A stretch of 50,151 bases of DNA, taken from Paracoccaceae bacterium. GTDB taxonomy: Bacteria; Pseudomonadota; Alphaproteobacteria; Rhodobacterales; Rhodobacteraceae. Of this stretch, positions 28,167-37,724 are shown piece by piece. The stretch spans positions 1 to 50,151 of the forward strand of contig JAFGVZ010000078.1 in the NCBI GenBank assembly GCA_016937725.1, in the 5' to 3' direction. Below the pieces are notes generated by a model that was given only the letters and a program-made list of their open reading frames with translations, searched no databases and was not told the origin of the DNA. Positions within the stretch are counted from its first letter, which is position 1. Each line of letters begins with the position of its first letter. A program made the position numbers and the translations under genes.

Positions 28167-29396
28167 TCAGCCGCGATAGGCGCTGAAGAGCAGGGTCGCA
28201 TTGGTGCCACCAAAGCCGAAACTGTTGGACAGGACCGAATCCAATTCCACATCTTCAACCAGCGCGGTTGCAATTTCGTCCGCATGGATCGCCGGGTCCA
28301 GTTCGGTCACATTGGCGGATGCGGTGATGAATTTACCCTGCATCATCAGCAGCGAATAGATCGCCTCATGCACGCCAGTCGCGCCGAGGCTGTGACCAGT
28401 CAACGACTTGGTCGACGAGATGGGCGGCACATGGCCTTCGCCCCAGATGCGGCGGATCGCCTCTACTTCCGTTACATCACCCGCGACGGTCGAGGTGCCG
28501 TGCGCATTGATATAGCTGACCTTACGGCCTTCGGGCAGGGTGCCAAGCGCTAGCCGCATGGACCGCTCGCCGCCCTCGCCCGAGGGGGCGACCATGTCAT
28601 GCCCGTCAGATGTGGCGCCGTAACCTGTGACTTCTGCATAAATCTTGGCGCCGCGTGCTTTGGCATGTTCCAGTTCTTCGAGAACCAGCATCCCACCGCC
28701 ACCGGCAATGACGAATCCGTCGCGCGTGGCATCAAAGGCGCGGGCGGCGGTTTCGGGGGTGTCGTTATACTTGGACGACATCGCGCCCATCGCGTCGAAC
28801 AGGCAGGACAGCGTCCAGTCCAGTTCTTCGCCCCCGCCCGCGAAAACGATATCTTGCTTGCCCATCTGGATCAGCTCAGCGGCATTGCCGATGCAATGCG
28901 AAGAGGTCGAGCAGGCCGAGGTAATCGAGTAATTCACACCCTTGATCTTGAAGGGCGTCGCCAGACAAGCTGAATTCGTGGACGACATGCAGCGCGTGAC
29001 CATGAACGGCCCCATACGCTTGGGGCTGCCTTTTTCGACCACGATTTTATGCGCCTGAAACAGGTTTGATGTGGACGGCCCGCCCGAGCCAGTCACAAGC
29101 CCGGTGCGCGGGTTGGAGATGTCGCTCTCTTCCAGCCCGGCATCGGCAATCGCCTGCTGCATGGACAGGAAATTATACGCAGCCCCCGGACCCATGAACC
29201 GCAGGTCGCGCTTGTCGATATGGTCTTCCAGAACGATCTTGGGTTCGCCCTTTACCTGGCTGCGGAAGCCGTGCTCGGCATATTCCGGGGCAAAGACAAT
29301 GCCAGAGCGGCCCTTGCGCAGGCTGTCCGACACTTCTTCGGCGCTGTTTCCGATGGGCGAGATAACACCCAGACCTGTAATGACCACGCGACGCAT
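28167..29396 (-). CDS. fabB: Beta-ketoacyl-ACP synthase I
   Basis: [16 protein letters not shown] catalytic Cys, [24 protein letters not shown]. Confidence 0.96.
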   Translation of the reverse strand: MRRVVITGLGVISPIGNSAEEVSDSLRKGRSGIVFAPEYAEHGFRSQVKGEPKIVLEDHIDKRDLRFMGPGAAYNFLSMQQAIADAGLEESDISNPRTGLVTGSGGPSTSNLFQAHKIVVEKGSPKRMGPFMVTRCMSSTNSACLATPFKIKGVNYSITSACSTSSHCIGNAAELIQMGKQDIVFAGGGEELDWTLSCLFDAMGAMSSKYNDTPETAARAFDATRDGFVIAGGGGMLVLEELEHAKARGAKIYAEVTGYGATSDGHDMVAPSGEGGERSMRLALGTLPEGRKVSYINAHGTSTVAGDVTEVEAIRRIWGEGHVPPISSTKSLTGHSLGATGVHEAIYSLLMMQGKFITASANVTELDPAIHADEIATALVEDVELDSVLSNSFGFGGTNATLLFSAYRG

Positions 29397-29468
29397 CGGC
29401 GTCCCCCCTTTTAGCATTGGCGCTGGACTGTCTAGGCTAGGCAGGGCGTCAAAGCAAGCCGCAAGCGG

Positions 29469-30806
29469 CTAGTGCCGCAACATCGCTCGGGCAACGTTGA
29501 GGCCCGACAGATAGGCACCATGTGCAGTTCCAAAATAATCCGGCTCCGTCGCCTCGCCCGCGAACCAGAGCGCGCCATCCCAATCCGGTCCGGCAAGATC
29601 GCGGCGCGTCTGCGGCCCGGTGCCGACCGCGTTGAAGCTGTAGCTGCCCAAGCTGAACGGGTCATGCCCCCAACGCGTGATCTGTGCCGCGATCGGTTTG
29701 GGGAATCCGCTGCTGAACATGGCGCGCAGGGCATCATGCGCGGCGGCAATAGTGGCGCGGTCGTCAAGGTTCTCGATCTTGGCTGCCTGTGTCGCGGCGT
29801 TGAAGCCCAGCAACACCGGCGCGCGTAGCGCCCGCGCCATGGATACCCATTCGGCCCAGATCCCGGATTCTGGCCCAAGCCAGCCAATCCAATCTACGTC
29901 ATCAGGCCAATCAATGCGGTCAAAGCGCAGGAAGCACTTGTTCAACAGCCCCATGCGCAGGCCCGCGATGGCCGCCAAGCGCGCAGGCGCAAGCGGTTCG
30001 GAAAAGGTGATATGACCTGCGCGCAGCACCCCAAGGGGCAATGTGCAGACAATGCGGTCTGCTGCAATGCGTGTGCCATCGCCAAGGGTGACATATCCCG
30101 GCGCGATCTTGGTGACATTCGAACGCAACCGAATGTCCAGCCCCTTGGATAAATACGTCGTGATTGCGTCATACCCCATGGGAAACAGCACTTCAGCGCC
30201 ACTATAGGCTTTGCCCGCATCGCCATACCAAGCTGAAAGCTGCATCGCGGCCCCGCCATATTCGTGCTCTAGGGTCGAGTTTACCAAATAGGCAACCTCA
30301 CGGCGCAAGGTTGCATCGGCGCGCTGCCATTCGGGCAATCCCTCGAGTGCGGCCTGCACAGAGATGTCATCTTCCAGCCGCTCTGCCCGGGCCAACGCGC
30401 GGCGCAATAGCTGTTCGGCCCGGTCAAGATCCGGGTCGATCCTGTCCCCCGTGCGGTCCAGCAGCAATGCCGCGTCATAGCTGGTCGGCACCACTTTTGC
30501 CCCAGCAGCTTGTGCCAAATCGGTGATCGGGTTGTCCGTGACCCCATGTATCCAGCTTGCGCCCAAATCCATCGGCAAATCTTGCCACAGGCGCGAGCTG
30601 TGAAGGCGCCCGCCAATGCGATCACGTGCCTCCAGCACCATGACGCGGTGTCCAGCAGCTGACAGTTGCCGTGCCGCCGCCAAGCCCGACAGCCCGGCCC
30701 CGATGACCAAAGTCAAATTCGTCGGGACCGCCAAAGCTAGGCTTGGCGCGGCACTTGCCAAAGCAAAGGCCGAGAGCACTTGCCGCCGTGTCAGCCGCGC
30801 GCGCAT
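29469..30806 (-). CDS. Flavin monoamine oxidase family protein, Tat signal
   Basis: TRRQVL signal; IGAGLSG, LEARDRIGGR, DLGASWIHG, FAGEAT..TAHGAYLSG. Confidence 0.88.
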   Translation of the reverse strand: MRARLTRRQVLSAFALASAAPSLALAVPTNLTLVIGAGLSGLAAARQLSAAGHRVMVLEARDRIGGRLHSSRLWQDLPMDLGASWIHGVTDNPITDLAQAAGAKVVPTSYDAALLLDRTGDRIDPDLDRAEQLLRRALARAERLEDDISVQAALEGLPEWQRADATLRREVAYLVNSTLEHEYGGAAMQLSAWYGDAGKAYSGAEVLFPMGYDAITTYLSKGLDIRLRSNVTKIAPGYVTLGDGTRIAADRIVCTLPLGVLRAGHITFSEPLAPARLAAIAGLRMGLLNKCFLRFDRIDWPDDVDWIGWLGPESGIWAEWVSMARALRAPVLLGFNAATQAAKIENLDDRATIAAAHDALRAMFSSGFPKPIAAQITRWGHDPFSLGSYSFNAVGTGPQTRRDLAGPDWDGALWFAGEATEPDYFGTAHGAYLSGLNVARAMLRH

Positions 30807-30825
30807 GGCCCCGATGCCACGCGCA

Positions 30826-31293
30826 TTAAACGGTTTGAGGGGTGCAGCTTTGCATGTCTGGCGCCATCGCCAGCAATTCCCGCAACCCGCAATTGCCACG
30901 CACAAGGTCTTGCAGCGTGATCATGTCCAGTTCGTGGTAAAAGGCTTCGAGCGCGCGCTTGATGTAATTGCGCAGGCGGCAGGCGCTGATCAGGGGGCAG
31001 GTATTGCCATCGGGCGAAAAGCATTCCGCAAAGGGGGTGCCCGCTTCGAACACGCGAAACACTTCGCCGATGGAAATGTCGTTTCCGTCCTTGGCCAGTT
31101 TCAAACCGCCCCCGCGCCCGCGCAGCGTGTCGACATAGCCATGTTCTTGCAGCGTGTGCACCACTTGCAGCAAATGATGCACAGAGGCATTGCAACGCTC
31201 TGCAATATCGGCAGTGCGCAGCTTTTCGCCGTCATTGATCCCGCAGGTCATTAAGACTCGCAGGGCCAGATTGGTTCGTGTCGTCAGGCGCAT
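30826..31293 (-). CDS. Rrf2 family transcriptional regulator (NsrR-like, three Cys)
   Basis: MRLTTRTNLALRVLM, RGRGGGL, ECF..NTCPLISAC. Confidence 0.9.
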   Translation of the reverse strand: MRLTTRTNLALRVLMTCGINDGEKLRTADIAERCNASVHHLLQVVHTLQEHGYVDTLRGRGGGLKLAKDGNDISIGEVFRVFEAGTPFAECFSPDGNTCPLISACRLRNYIKRALEAFYHELDMITLQDLVRGNCGLRELLAMAPDMQSCTPQTV

Positions 31294-31344
31294 AGGTTCC
31301 AGCCTTCCTTTTGTCTTTGTCTAACCGGGATTGCGGGAAAAGTC

Positions 31345-31358
31345 CTGATCTGGATCAA
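31345..31358 (-). promoter_or_regulatory. FNR/FnrL-type box upstream of the Rrf2 gene
   Basis: Minus strand TTGAT-CCAG-ATCAG, one mismatch to TTGAT-N4-ATCAA, about 50 nt upstream of the ATG. Confidence 0.65.
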
Positions 31359-31405
31359 ATTATGACAAAAACAGCAAGCCTTAGGGCCAAGCCTGTCCGT
31401 CATGG

Positions 31406-31915
31406 TTAGCCTTCGGACAGCGCGACCTTCATGTCTTTGACTTGATAGATCACCTCGCCATCGGCTTCCACAATGCCATCAGCCACGCCCATGGTCAGCC
31501 GTCGCGTCTGGATCGCTTTGGTGAAATCAACCTTGTAGGTCAGCATCTTGCGATCCGGGCGGACCATGCCTGTCAGCTTGACCTCTCCCACGCCAAGCGC
31601 GTAGCCGCGCCCGGTCCAGCCGCGCCAACCAAGATTGAAGCCGGTCAATTGCCAAAGCCCATCCAGCCCAAGGCAACCGGGCATGATCGGGTTGCCGGGA
31701 AAGTGACATTCAAAAAACCACAAATCGGGAGTGATGTCGAATTCCGCTACCACATGGCCCTTGCCGTGCAGGCCGCCATCGGACGAGATGTCGGTGATGC
31801 GATCCATCATCAACATGGGCGGCGCGGGCAATTGCGCATTGCCGGGGCCGAACAATTCGCCACGGGCGCAGGCCAGCAGACCTTCCTTGTCGAACGATGT
31901 CGGGAATTGAGACAT
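31406..31915 (-). CDS. fabA: 3-hydroxydecanoyl-ACP dehydratase/isomerase
   Basis: [40 protein letters not shown]. Confidence 0.96.
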   Translation of the reverse strand: MSQFPTSFDKEGLLACARGELFGPGNAQLPAPPMLMMDRITDISSDGGLHGKGHVVAEFDITPDLWFFECHFPGNPIMPGCLGLDGLWQLTGFNLGWRGWTGRGYALGVGEVKLTGMVRPDRKMLTYKVDFTKAIQTRRLTMGVADGIVEADGEVIYQVKDMKVALSEG

Positions 31916-32051
31916 GGGAAACTCTCCTGTTGCGGCGAAACGCGGGTCGAACGGGCATATCACCCTCATTTGAGCCACTGCAAGAGCGTGTGGCGCAAGC
32001 TGCGACCTGTTTTCATTTGAAATCTGCTGAAAGCGCGCGTATCTAAGGAAT

Positions 32052-32489
32052 ATGGATACAAGTTTCGCAGATATCACCGATCGTTCGATGGAATTGGGTG
32101 CAAGCTGGCTGTCGCGTGCGCAAGTGCGACCGACCAAGCAGCGCCTGTCCTTGGCTAGCCTGCTGGTGGGCGATGGGTGTGACCGCCATGTGACCGCTGA
32201 AGGGTTGTTCATGGCCGCCAAGGAAAAGGGCGAAAGCGTTTCGCTGGCCACGGTCTACAACACGCTGCGCGCGTTTTGCGAGGCGGGACTGATGACCGAA
32301 ATTACGGTCGATGGTCAAAAATCCTATTTTGATACCTGCACTGACGATCACCCGCATTTCTTCTGGGAAGATACGCAAGACCTAAGCGATGCGCCTGCGT
32401 CTGAACTTGAAATCGCCCGTTTGCCTGCGGCGCCGAAGGATGCAGAGATTACGCGCGTTGACGTTATCATCCGGGTGCGTCGCAGCTAA
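32052..32489 (+). CDS. irrA: Fur-family iron response regulator Irr
   Basis: [32 protein letters not shown]; divergent from fabA as usual in Alphaproteobacteria. Confidence 0.9.
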   Translation: MDTSFADITDRSMELGASWLSRAQVRPTKQRLSLASLLVGDGCDRHVTAEGLFMAAKEKGESVSLATVYNTLRAFCEAGLMTEITVDGQKSYFDTCTDDHPHFFWEDTQDLSDAPASELEIARLPAAPKDAEITRVDVIIRVRRS

Positions 32490-32572
32490 TCACGCCACCT
32501 TTGCCGAGGGTCAGAGAGCGCGCCCCAGCAATGTAGGCGCGTTTTGCGTTAGACGAGTGCCACGCGAATGGG

Positions 32573-33028
32573 TCACAAATCCGCCAGTAAGCTAGCCAAA
32601 CCCTTCGTTTCGACCATTTTGCTGGCTTTCTTCGGACTGACCCAGCGGCGGGTGCGAATTCCGGCTTCTGGGTAAGTGTCGCTGACCTCTGTCACAGTCA
32701 GCCGAAATACTTGCGCGCGGCATTGCACAGGCAAGCCGCTCTGTTTGATCTTGGCGTAATCGAACGCGCCCATCGGCTGGGTTTCAATTATGCCGCGAAT
32801 ACCCCCTTCTTCCCAAGCTTCTTGAGCTGCGGCTTCTGACAGGGTCAGGCCATCAATGGGCCAGCCTTTCGGGATCATCCACAATTTACGCGTCAAGGTC
32901 TGGATCAGTAGCACCTCTGTCCCGTCTGGCCCGTCGCGCAGACACAGGGCCGCGACCTGTGTGAATGAGGGGCGCACGACATTCAGGGCACGTTTCAGTA
33001 TCTTTTTAGGGCTGTTTTCCGCGTTCAT
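32573..33028 (-). CDS. NUDIX hydrolase
   Basis: QVAALC, WMIPKGWP and Nudix box G..LSEAAAQEAWEEGG. Confidence 0.88.
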   Translation of the reverse strand: MNAENSPKKILKRALNVVRPSFTQVAALCLRDGPDGTEVLLIQTLTRKLWMIPKGWPIDGLTLSEAAAQEAWEEGGIRGIIETQPMGAFDYAKIKQSGLPVQCRAQVFRLTVTEVSDTYPEAGIRTRRWVSPKKASKMVETKGLASLLADL

Positions 33029-33093
33029 ATGCTCGGTTCCTCGCTCAACGCCCCGTGTGTTGGAAGATTGTATCAGTTTTATGACAAACCGCG

Positions 33094-33510
33094 TCAATCC
33101 CCAGTCGGTGTTGCGCGACCCGCTTTTATGCTTGCGCGATGGGCTTTTGCGTCCAGACGGCGGCGCTTGCTGGCCAAGGTCGGGCGTGTGGCGATGCGGG
33201 GCTTGGGCCGTTTGGTGGCCTCTAGGATCAGGTCCGCCAAGCGGGCGCGCGCGATTTCACGATTGCGGGCTTGGCTGCGCGTATCTTCAACCCGCAGCAC
33301 GACTGCGCCGTCCTGTGTCCAGCGTCGTCCGGCCAGCCGTTTCAGGCGTGTTTTGACCGAGTCTGGCAGGTTCGGGCTGCGTTCTGCTTCGAACCGCAAT
33401 TCCACGGCGGTCGAGACCTTGTTCACATTCTGCCCGCCCGGCCCTTGCGCACGGGTGAATGTCTCGGTCAGTTCCCAGTCTTGCAGGGTAATTTCGGCGT
33501 TAATGCGCAT
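33094..33510 (-). CDS. arfB: Alternative ribosome rescue peptidyl-tRNA hydrolase ArfB
   Basis: GPGGQNVNKVST, RSQARNR and basic tail RIATRPTLASKRRRL. Confidence 0.95.
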   Translation of the reverse strand: MRINAEITLQDWELTETFTRAQGPGGQNVNKVSTAVELRFEAERSPNLPDSVKTRLKRLAGRRWTQDGAVVLRVEDTRSQARNREIARARLADLILEATKRPKPRIATRPTLASKRRRLDAKAHRASIKAGRATPTGD

Positions 33511-33529
33511 TGAGTATCGCTTGGTTAAT

Positions 33530-33560
33530 CGAAAGGGCCGCCCAAATTTTGGACGGCCCT
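33530..33560 (-). terminator. Intrinsic terminator of the candidate small transcript, just upstream of arfB
   Basis: Minus strand AGGGCCGUCCAAA-A-UUUGGGCGGCCCU stem followed by a short UU tail. Confidence 0.65.
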
Positions 33561-33632
33561 AAACGAGCTTCAGGAGATGGAGCCAAATTAGAGCATGGCC
33601 CAATCAGAAGGGGTTCCCCATCGGGGCTGCCG

Positions 33633-33689
33633 TCAGGTTTTGCCCCCTATGACTGTCTTCGCACCTCTCTCCAACATCACTCTAGACAC
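33633..33689 (-). CDS. Candidate small peptide MSRVMLERGAKTVIGGKT (18 aa; 24 aa from an in-frame ATG at 33707)
   Basis: GTG start immediately after GAAAGGAGGTGGTCCA; TGA at 33633-33635; below the ORF-track cutoff. Confidence 0.45.
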   Translation of the reverse strand: MSRVMLERGAKTVIGGKT

Positions 33690-33725
33690 TGGACCACCTC
33701 CTTTCATTGCGTTGCTGTTATGAGG

Positions 33726-33753
33726 ATGGTGGCACATATTTTGTGTTTGTCAA
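33726..33753 (-). promoter_or_regulatory. Sigma70-like promoter for the candidate small transcript
   Basis: TTGACA (33753-33748), 16-nt spacer ending TGC, CACCAT (33731-33726). Confidence 0.5.
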
Positions 33754-33759
33754 AAGAAA

Positions 33760-34395
33760 TTATGCGACAGGTTGCGTCAATCTGGCGACGATCAGGCGGA
33801 ACGGCACCAGAGCCAGCAGCGCCAGCGACAGTTTGACTGCCCAATCCGCGGCGGCCAGCGACACCCAGAGCGGCAGTTCAGGCCCGAAACCCAACAGGGG
33901 AAGGATTTCGGCGGCCCAAGACACGTCATTGCCGGGTTCCAAGAAAACGAGCGTGGCCGAAAAGGCAATGCTGAAAAATAAGGCAGTATCGAGCGTAGAG
34001 CCGACAAGCGTCGACGCCAAGGGCGCGCGCCACCATGCGCCGCCGTGCTTGTCTTCGCGCAGGCGGTCGAAAATGGCCACGTCGATCAGTTGGGCGGTCA
34101 GAAACGCGATGCCCGACCCCAGCGCAATACGCAATGTCACCAGCGGGCCGAATTCGCCCATGATCTGCGTGCCGATCAGCGAACACAGAACGCCCACAGC
34201 AAAGCCCACCCAAACCACGCGGCGCGCGGCGGCGGGGCCGTAGACGCGGTTCATCACGTCATTGACCAGAAAGGCCAAGGGGTAAGTGAAGGCCCCCCAA
34301 GTCAGCCAGTTTCCGAACAGAAATTGAACAAGGATATTCGAGGCGACGACAATGGCCGCCATGGCAAGAATGCCGGGCAGATACGTGCGGGTCAT
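33760..34395 (-). CDS. yhhQ: Queuosine precursor transporter (YhhQ/VUT family)
   Basis: ASNILVQ, TWGAFTYPLAFL..D, RIALGS..AFLTAQLIDV, STLVGSTLDT. Confidence 0.85.
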   Translation of the reverse strand: MTRTYLPGILAMAAIVVASNILVQFLFGNWLTWGAFTYPLAFLVNDVMNRVYGPAAARRVVWVGFAVGVLCSLIGTQIMGEFGPLVTLRIALGSGIAFLTAQLIDVAIFDRLREDKHGGAWWRAPLASTLVGSTLDTALFFSIAFSATLVFLEPGNDVSWAAEILPLLGFGPELPLWVSLAAADWAVKLSLALLALVPFRLIVARLTQPVA

Positions 34396-34437
34396 GGATA
34401 TGGTCCGTTTTGACAAGGTTGCGGAGACTTGTGCCCT

Positions 34438-34471
34438 GAAACAAGACAGGGCGCGCTTACCGCGCGCCCTG
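34438..34471 (-). terminator. Terminator after mscL
   Basis: cagggcgcgc-N5-gcgcgccctg 10-bp stem with a UCUUGUUU tail on the minus strand. Confidence 0.65.
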
Positions 34472-34498
34472 ACGAAATGCAAGCGATGTGCCGGCGTC

Positions 34499-34882
34499 TT
34501 AGCGTGCTTTCAACGCATCGCGGATTTCAGCCAGCAGCTCTTCCGTCGTGGGGCCCTTGGGCGCTTCCTCGACCGGGGCTTCTTCCTTCTTGGCCATGTT
34601 GGCCACGCGGTTCACGCCTTTGACCAGCAAGAACACCACCCATGCGATAATCAGGAACTTGATAACCGCGTTGATGAAATTGCCGACCATGAATTGCGCA
34701 TCGCCAAGACCGAAGCTGATTCCGCTGAAATCGACCCCACCAATGACCAGCCCGATCAGTGGGTTGACCAGATCATCGACCAGCGAAGTCACGATGGCGG
34801 TGAAGGCCGCGCCGATGATGATACCCACGGCCATGTCCATGACATTGCCGCGCGCGATGAAAGCCTTGAACTCGTTAAGCAT
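34499..34882 (-). CDS. mscL: Large-conductance mechanosensitive channel
   Basis: [24 protein letters not shown]; LLAEIRDAL. Confidence 0.97.
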   Translation of the reverse strand: MLNEFKAFIARGNVMDMAVGIIIGAAFTAIVTSLVDDLVNPLIGLVIGGVDFSGISFGLGDAQFMVGNFINAVIKFLIIAWVVFLLVKGVNRVANMAKKEEAPVEEAPKGPTTEELLAEIRDALKAR

Positions 34883-34953
34883 GGGTTACTCCCGAAAAGT
34901 TGATAGCGATAGCATGGTTAATGCGTGTGCATTACAATCATGTAAAGCCGCAT

Positions 34954-35403
34954 TTAGCGGGGCAGGGTGCCGTCAATTACATAGCGCAGGATTTGCGCCA
35001 CTTGCTCGGGCGTTTCGACCACGGCAAGGGCCGCGGCGTCCACTTCTTTCAACGCATGCTGATGGTCGGCGCCATGCATCACGATCAGCGATTTGCCCAA
35101 TGCTGCGGCATAGCCCGCGTCAAATGCCGCGTTCCATTGCTTATATTTCTCGCCAAAGCGGACGACCACGATATCGGCGTCCTCGATCGCCTTGCGGGTG
35201 CGGATGGCGTTCAGCTTCGCGCCCTTGTGGTCGTGCCAGAATTTGCTGTCCTCCGCGCCCAGAATAGCCACGCCGCAATCATCCGATGCCGCATGGTCCG
35301 TCACGGGTGCGCTAAAGCTGACCGGTAACCCGTCGGAAGCCGAGATCAGCGCGTCGCGCCAATCGGTGTGGATTTCCCCGGCAAGGTAAACGCTGTAATG
35401 CAT
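34954..35403 (-). CDS. YtoQ family protein (nucleoside deoxyribosyltransferase-like fold)
   Basis: VYLAGEIHTDWR, NAIRT, FGEKYKQWNAAFDAGYA, HALKEVD. Confidence 0.85.
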   Translation of the reverse strand: MHYSVYLAGEIHTDWRDALISASDGLPVSFSAPVTDHAASDDCGVAILGAEDSKFWHDHKGAKLNAIRTRKAIEDADIVVVRFGEKYKQWNAAFDAGYAAALGKSLIVMHGADHQHALKEVDAAALAVVETPEQVAQILRYVIDGTLPR

Positions 35404-35550
35404 GTCTTCATCCTTCCTGTGTGTTGACCTCTTCCTATCATGCAGCGTGCACGGCCAAAACCCTTGGCCTGACCGTTTTGGCATGTTGCGATGGGGGGCG
35501 TTCTGTGGCAAGCACGAGGCAACACGAAACTGAACCGGAGAGTTCACGTC

Positions 35551-36204
35551 ATGCCGGATTTCGCCGCCCGCCGCACCATGATGGTAGACACGCAGGTGCG
35601 TCCTTCGGATGTTACCAAGTTTCCGATTATCGACGCCATGCTGGCCGTGCCGCGCGAGCGTTTCACGCCTGATCGCCTGATTGAAGCCGCCTATATGGGC
35701 AACAATATCGACATTGCGCCGGACCGTGTTCTGTTAGAACCGCGCACATTGGCCAAGATGTTGGATGCGCTGGAGGTCACCGACAGCGATCTGGTGCTCG
35801 ATGTGGCTTGTGGGACAGGCTATTCCTCTGCAGTGTTGGCGCGAATGGCGCAGGGTGTGGTTGCGGTGGAGGAAGACGAAGCGCTTGCCGCCGACGCAGA
35901 GGCGGCACTTGCTGCCATCGGAAGCGATTCCGTCGTGCTGCATCGCGGTCCCTTGGCTGAGGGCGCGACGGATTATGCGCCCTACGACGTTATCATCGTG
36001 CAAGGCGCGGCAGAGCACTTCCCGGACACGCTTGCAGGCCAATTGGCAGAGGGCGGGCGCATGGCTTGCGTGTTCATGGATGGCGCGCTGGGCGTTGTGC
36101 GCATCGGGATCAAGCGGGGCGGGCAAGTGGCTTGGCGCGACGCGTTCAATGCCAGTGCGCCGGTTTTGCCCGGATTTGCGAAGGCCAAGGCGTTCAGCCT
36201 TTAA
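35551..36204 (+). CDS. pcm: Protein-L-isoaspartate O-methyltransferase
   Basis: RRTMMVDTQVRPSDVT, VPRERF, LDVACGTGYS, APYDVIIVQGA. Confidence 0.9.
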   Translation: MPDFAARRTMMVDTQVRPSDVTKFPIIDAMLAVPRERFTPDRLIEAAYMGNNIDIAPDRVLLEPRTLAKMLDALEVTDSDLVLDVACGTGYSSAVLARMAQGVVAVEEDEALAADAEAALAAIGSDSVVLHRGPLAEGATDYAPYDVIIVQGAAEHFPDTLAGQLAEGGRMACVFMDGALGVVRIGIKRGGQVAWRDAFNASAPVLPGFAKAKAFSL

Positions 36205-36232
36205 TTTTCAAAGACCAAGGAAGGTCGTACGC

Positions 36233-37600
36233 ATGATCCGCTCTATCAGCGCCCTGTGTCTCTCTGTGGCACTTTCAGCCCCGGTGCCGGTGATGGCACA
36301 GTCTTTGGCCGATACGTTTGTGGCCGCCTATGAGAATTCGAACCTTCTGGAACAGAATCGCGCGCTTTTGCGCGCTGCCGATGAAGATGTCGCAATCGCG
36401 GTTGCCCAGATGCGGCCTGTTGTCAATTTCGTCAGCCGCGTGCGAGGACAAGCGCAGAGCGGTGTGGGTGATCCCTCTATTTCGCTGTCTTTCGGTCTGA
36501 ATGCAGAGATTACGCTGATTGATTTCGGTCGCGGCAAGCTTGCAAAGGAAGCCGCCAAGGCAACGGTGCTGGCCACGCGTCAGGCGCTGATCAACATCGA
36601 ACAGCAAGTGTTGCTCGATGCGGTGTCGGCCTTCATGGATGTGCGCACGCAAACCGAAGCGGTGGCGCTGCAACAAGCCACCGTGCGCGTGATCACGCGC
36701 GAACTTGGCGCGGCACGTGAGCGTTTTGAATTGGGCGAAGTCACTTCGACCGACGTGTCCTTGGCAGAAGCGCGGCTGGCCGCAGCGCGCTCGCAGCTTG
36801 CCGCGTCTGAAGGCGATCTGGCCGCAGCGCGCGAAAGCTACAAGCTTGTTACCGGCACATATCCGGGGAATTTGCGCCCCGCTCCGACCTTGCCGCGCAC
36901 GGCTGCCAATGTGCAGGCTGCCCAAGATATTGCGCGCCGGACCCATCCAACCATCTTGCAGCGTCAGTTTGAAGTGACCGCCGCAGACCTGAATGCAGAA
37001 CGTGTCGCGGCGCAACGCCTTGGTTCGGTAACTGGCAATGCCGATCTGACGACCAGCTTGTCCAATGGCCGGACAACCGACACGCTGACCGGGTCGCTAA
37101 CCTATGCGCGCCCGCTCTTTCAAGGGGGCCAGCTCTCTGCCCTGTCGCGTCAAGCCATCGCACGGCGGGATGCCACGCGCTCGGGCTTGCATCAAAGCGT
37201 GGCACAGGTCTTGCAGAATGTTGCACTGGCTTGGGCCAATCTGGACGTGACACGCGCACGGATCGTTGCCAGCCGCCAACAAGTCGCGGCATCGCAGGCT
37301 GCCTTCGAAGGCACCCGCGAAGAAGCGCGTTTGGGCGCACGCACTACGCTGGATGTTCTGAATGCTGAAAACGATCTGTTGACCGCTCGGACCGCCTTGC
37401 TAGAGGCCGAAGCGGGCTTGCAGACCGCCACCTACCGGCTGTTGTCGTCCATGGGGTTGTTGACGGTGGATCATCTTGGGTTGGGGATTACCACCTATGA
37501 CCCCGAAGCCTATTATAACGCCGTCAAGGATGCTCCGGCGCTGTCTGCGCAGGGCGAAGCGCTGGACCGGGTTTTGCGCGCGCTCAACCGTGGCCAGTAA
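36233..37600 (+). CDS. tolC: TolC family outer membrane protein
   Basis: Signal peptide; RFELGEVT..DV..AEAR and EEARLGARTTLDVLNAE repeats; follows pcm. Confidence 0.92.
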   Translation: MIRSISALCLSVALSAPVPVMAQSLADTFVAAYENSNLLEQNRALLRAADEDVAIAVAQMRPVVNFVSRVRGQAQSGVGDPSISLSFGLNAEITLIDFGRGKLAKEAAKATVLATRQALINIEQQVLLDAVSAFMDVRTQTEAVALQQATVRVITRELGAARERFELGEVTSTDVSLAEARLAAARSQLAASEGDLAAARESYKLVTGTYPGNLRPAPTLPRTAANVQAAQDIARRTHPTILQRQFEVTAADLNAERVAAQRLGSVTGNADLTTSLSNGRTTDTLTGSLTYARPLFQGGQLSALSRQAIARRDATRSGLHQSVAQVLQNVALAWANLDVTRARIVASRQQVAASQAAFEGTREEARLGARTTLDVLNAENDLLTARTALLEAEAGLQTATYRLLSSMGLLTVDHLGLGITTYDPEAYYNAVKDAPALSAQGEALDRVLRALNRGQ

Positions 37601-37724
37601 CCTTGCGGTTGCTTAGGTGATTGTCTGACACGCCGGGACGCGCTACGTTAACTTTTACGCGGTGGAAGTCGGGCAGAAGACCCGTTCACCGGCTTCTGAG
37701 CGCGGGTAGGCGAAAGGGCAAGGC

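Larger units (their letters stand above)
33530..33722 (-). ncRNA. Candidate ~190-nt small structured transcript (sRNA or sORF mRNA)
   Basis: Bounded by a TTGACA/CACCAT promoter and a terminator; several internal hairpins; extended SD. Confidence 0.5.

Noticed and set aside
31916-32251. N-terminal extension of the fabA ORF overlapping irrA
   Set aside because: FabA homology and a GGAG RBS point to ATG 31915; the extension is a chance open frame
33691-33705. Plus-strand GGACCACCTCCTTTC resembling the 16S rRNA 3' end (rRNA remnant)
   Set aside because: Flanks show no 16S or ITS similarity; better explained as an extended SD on the minus strand
34396-34446. Canonical preQ1 riboswitch upstream of yhhQ
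   Set aside because: No preQ1-I stem-loop with an A-rich tail and no recognisable class II/III pattern
35404-35550. tRNA gene upstream of pcm
   Set aside because: No T-loop GTTCRA or cloverleaf pattern
35765-36232. Long N-terminal extension of the TolC ORF in the track
   Set aside because: Overlaps pcm out of frame; the signal peptide and RBS point to ATG 36233
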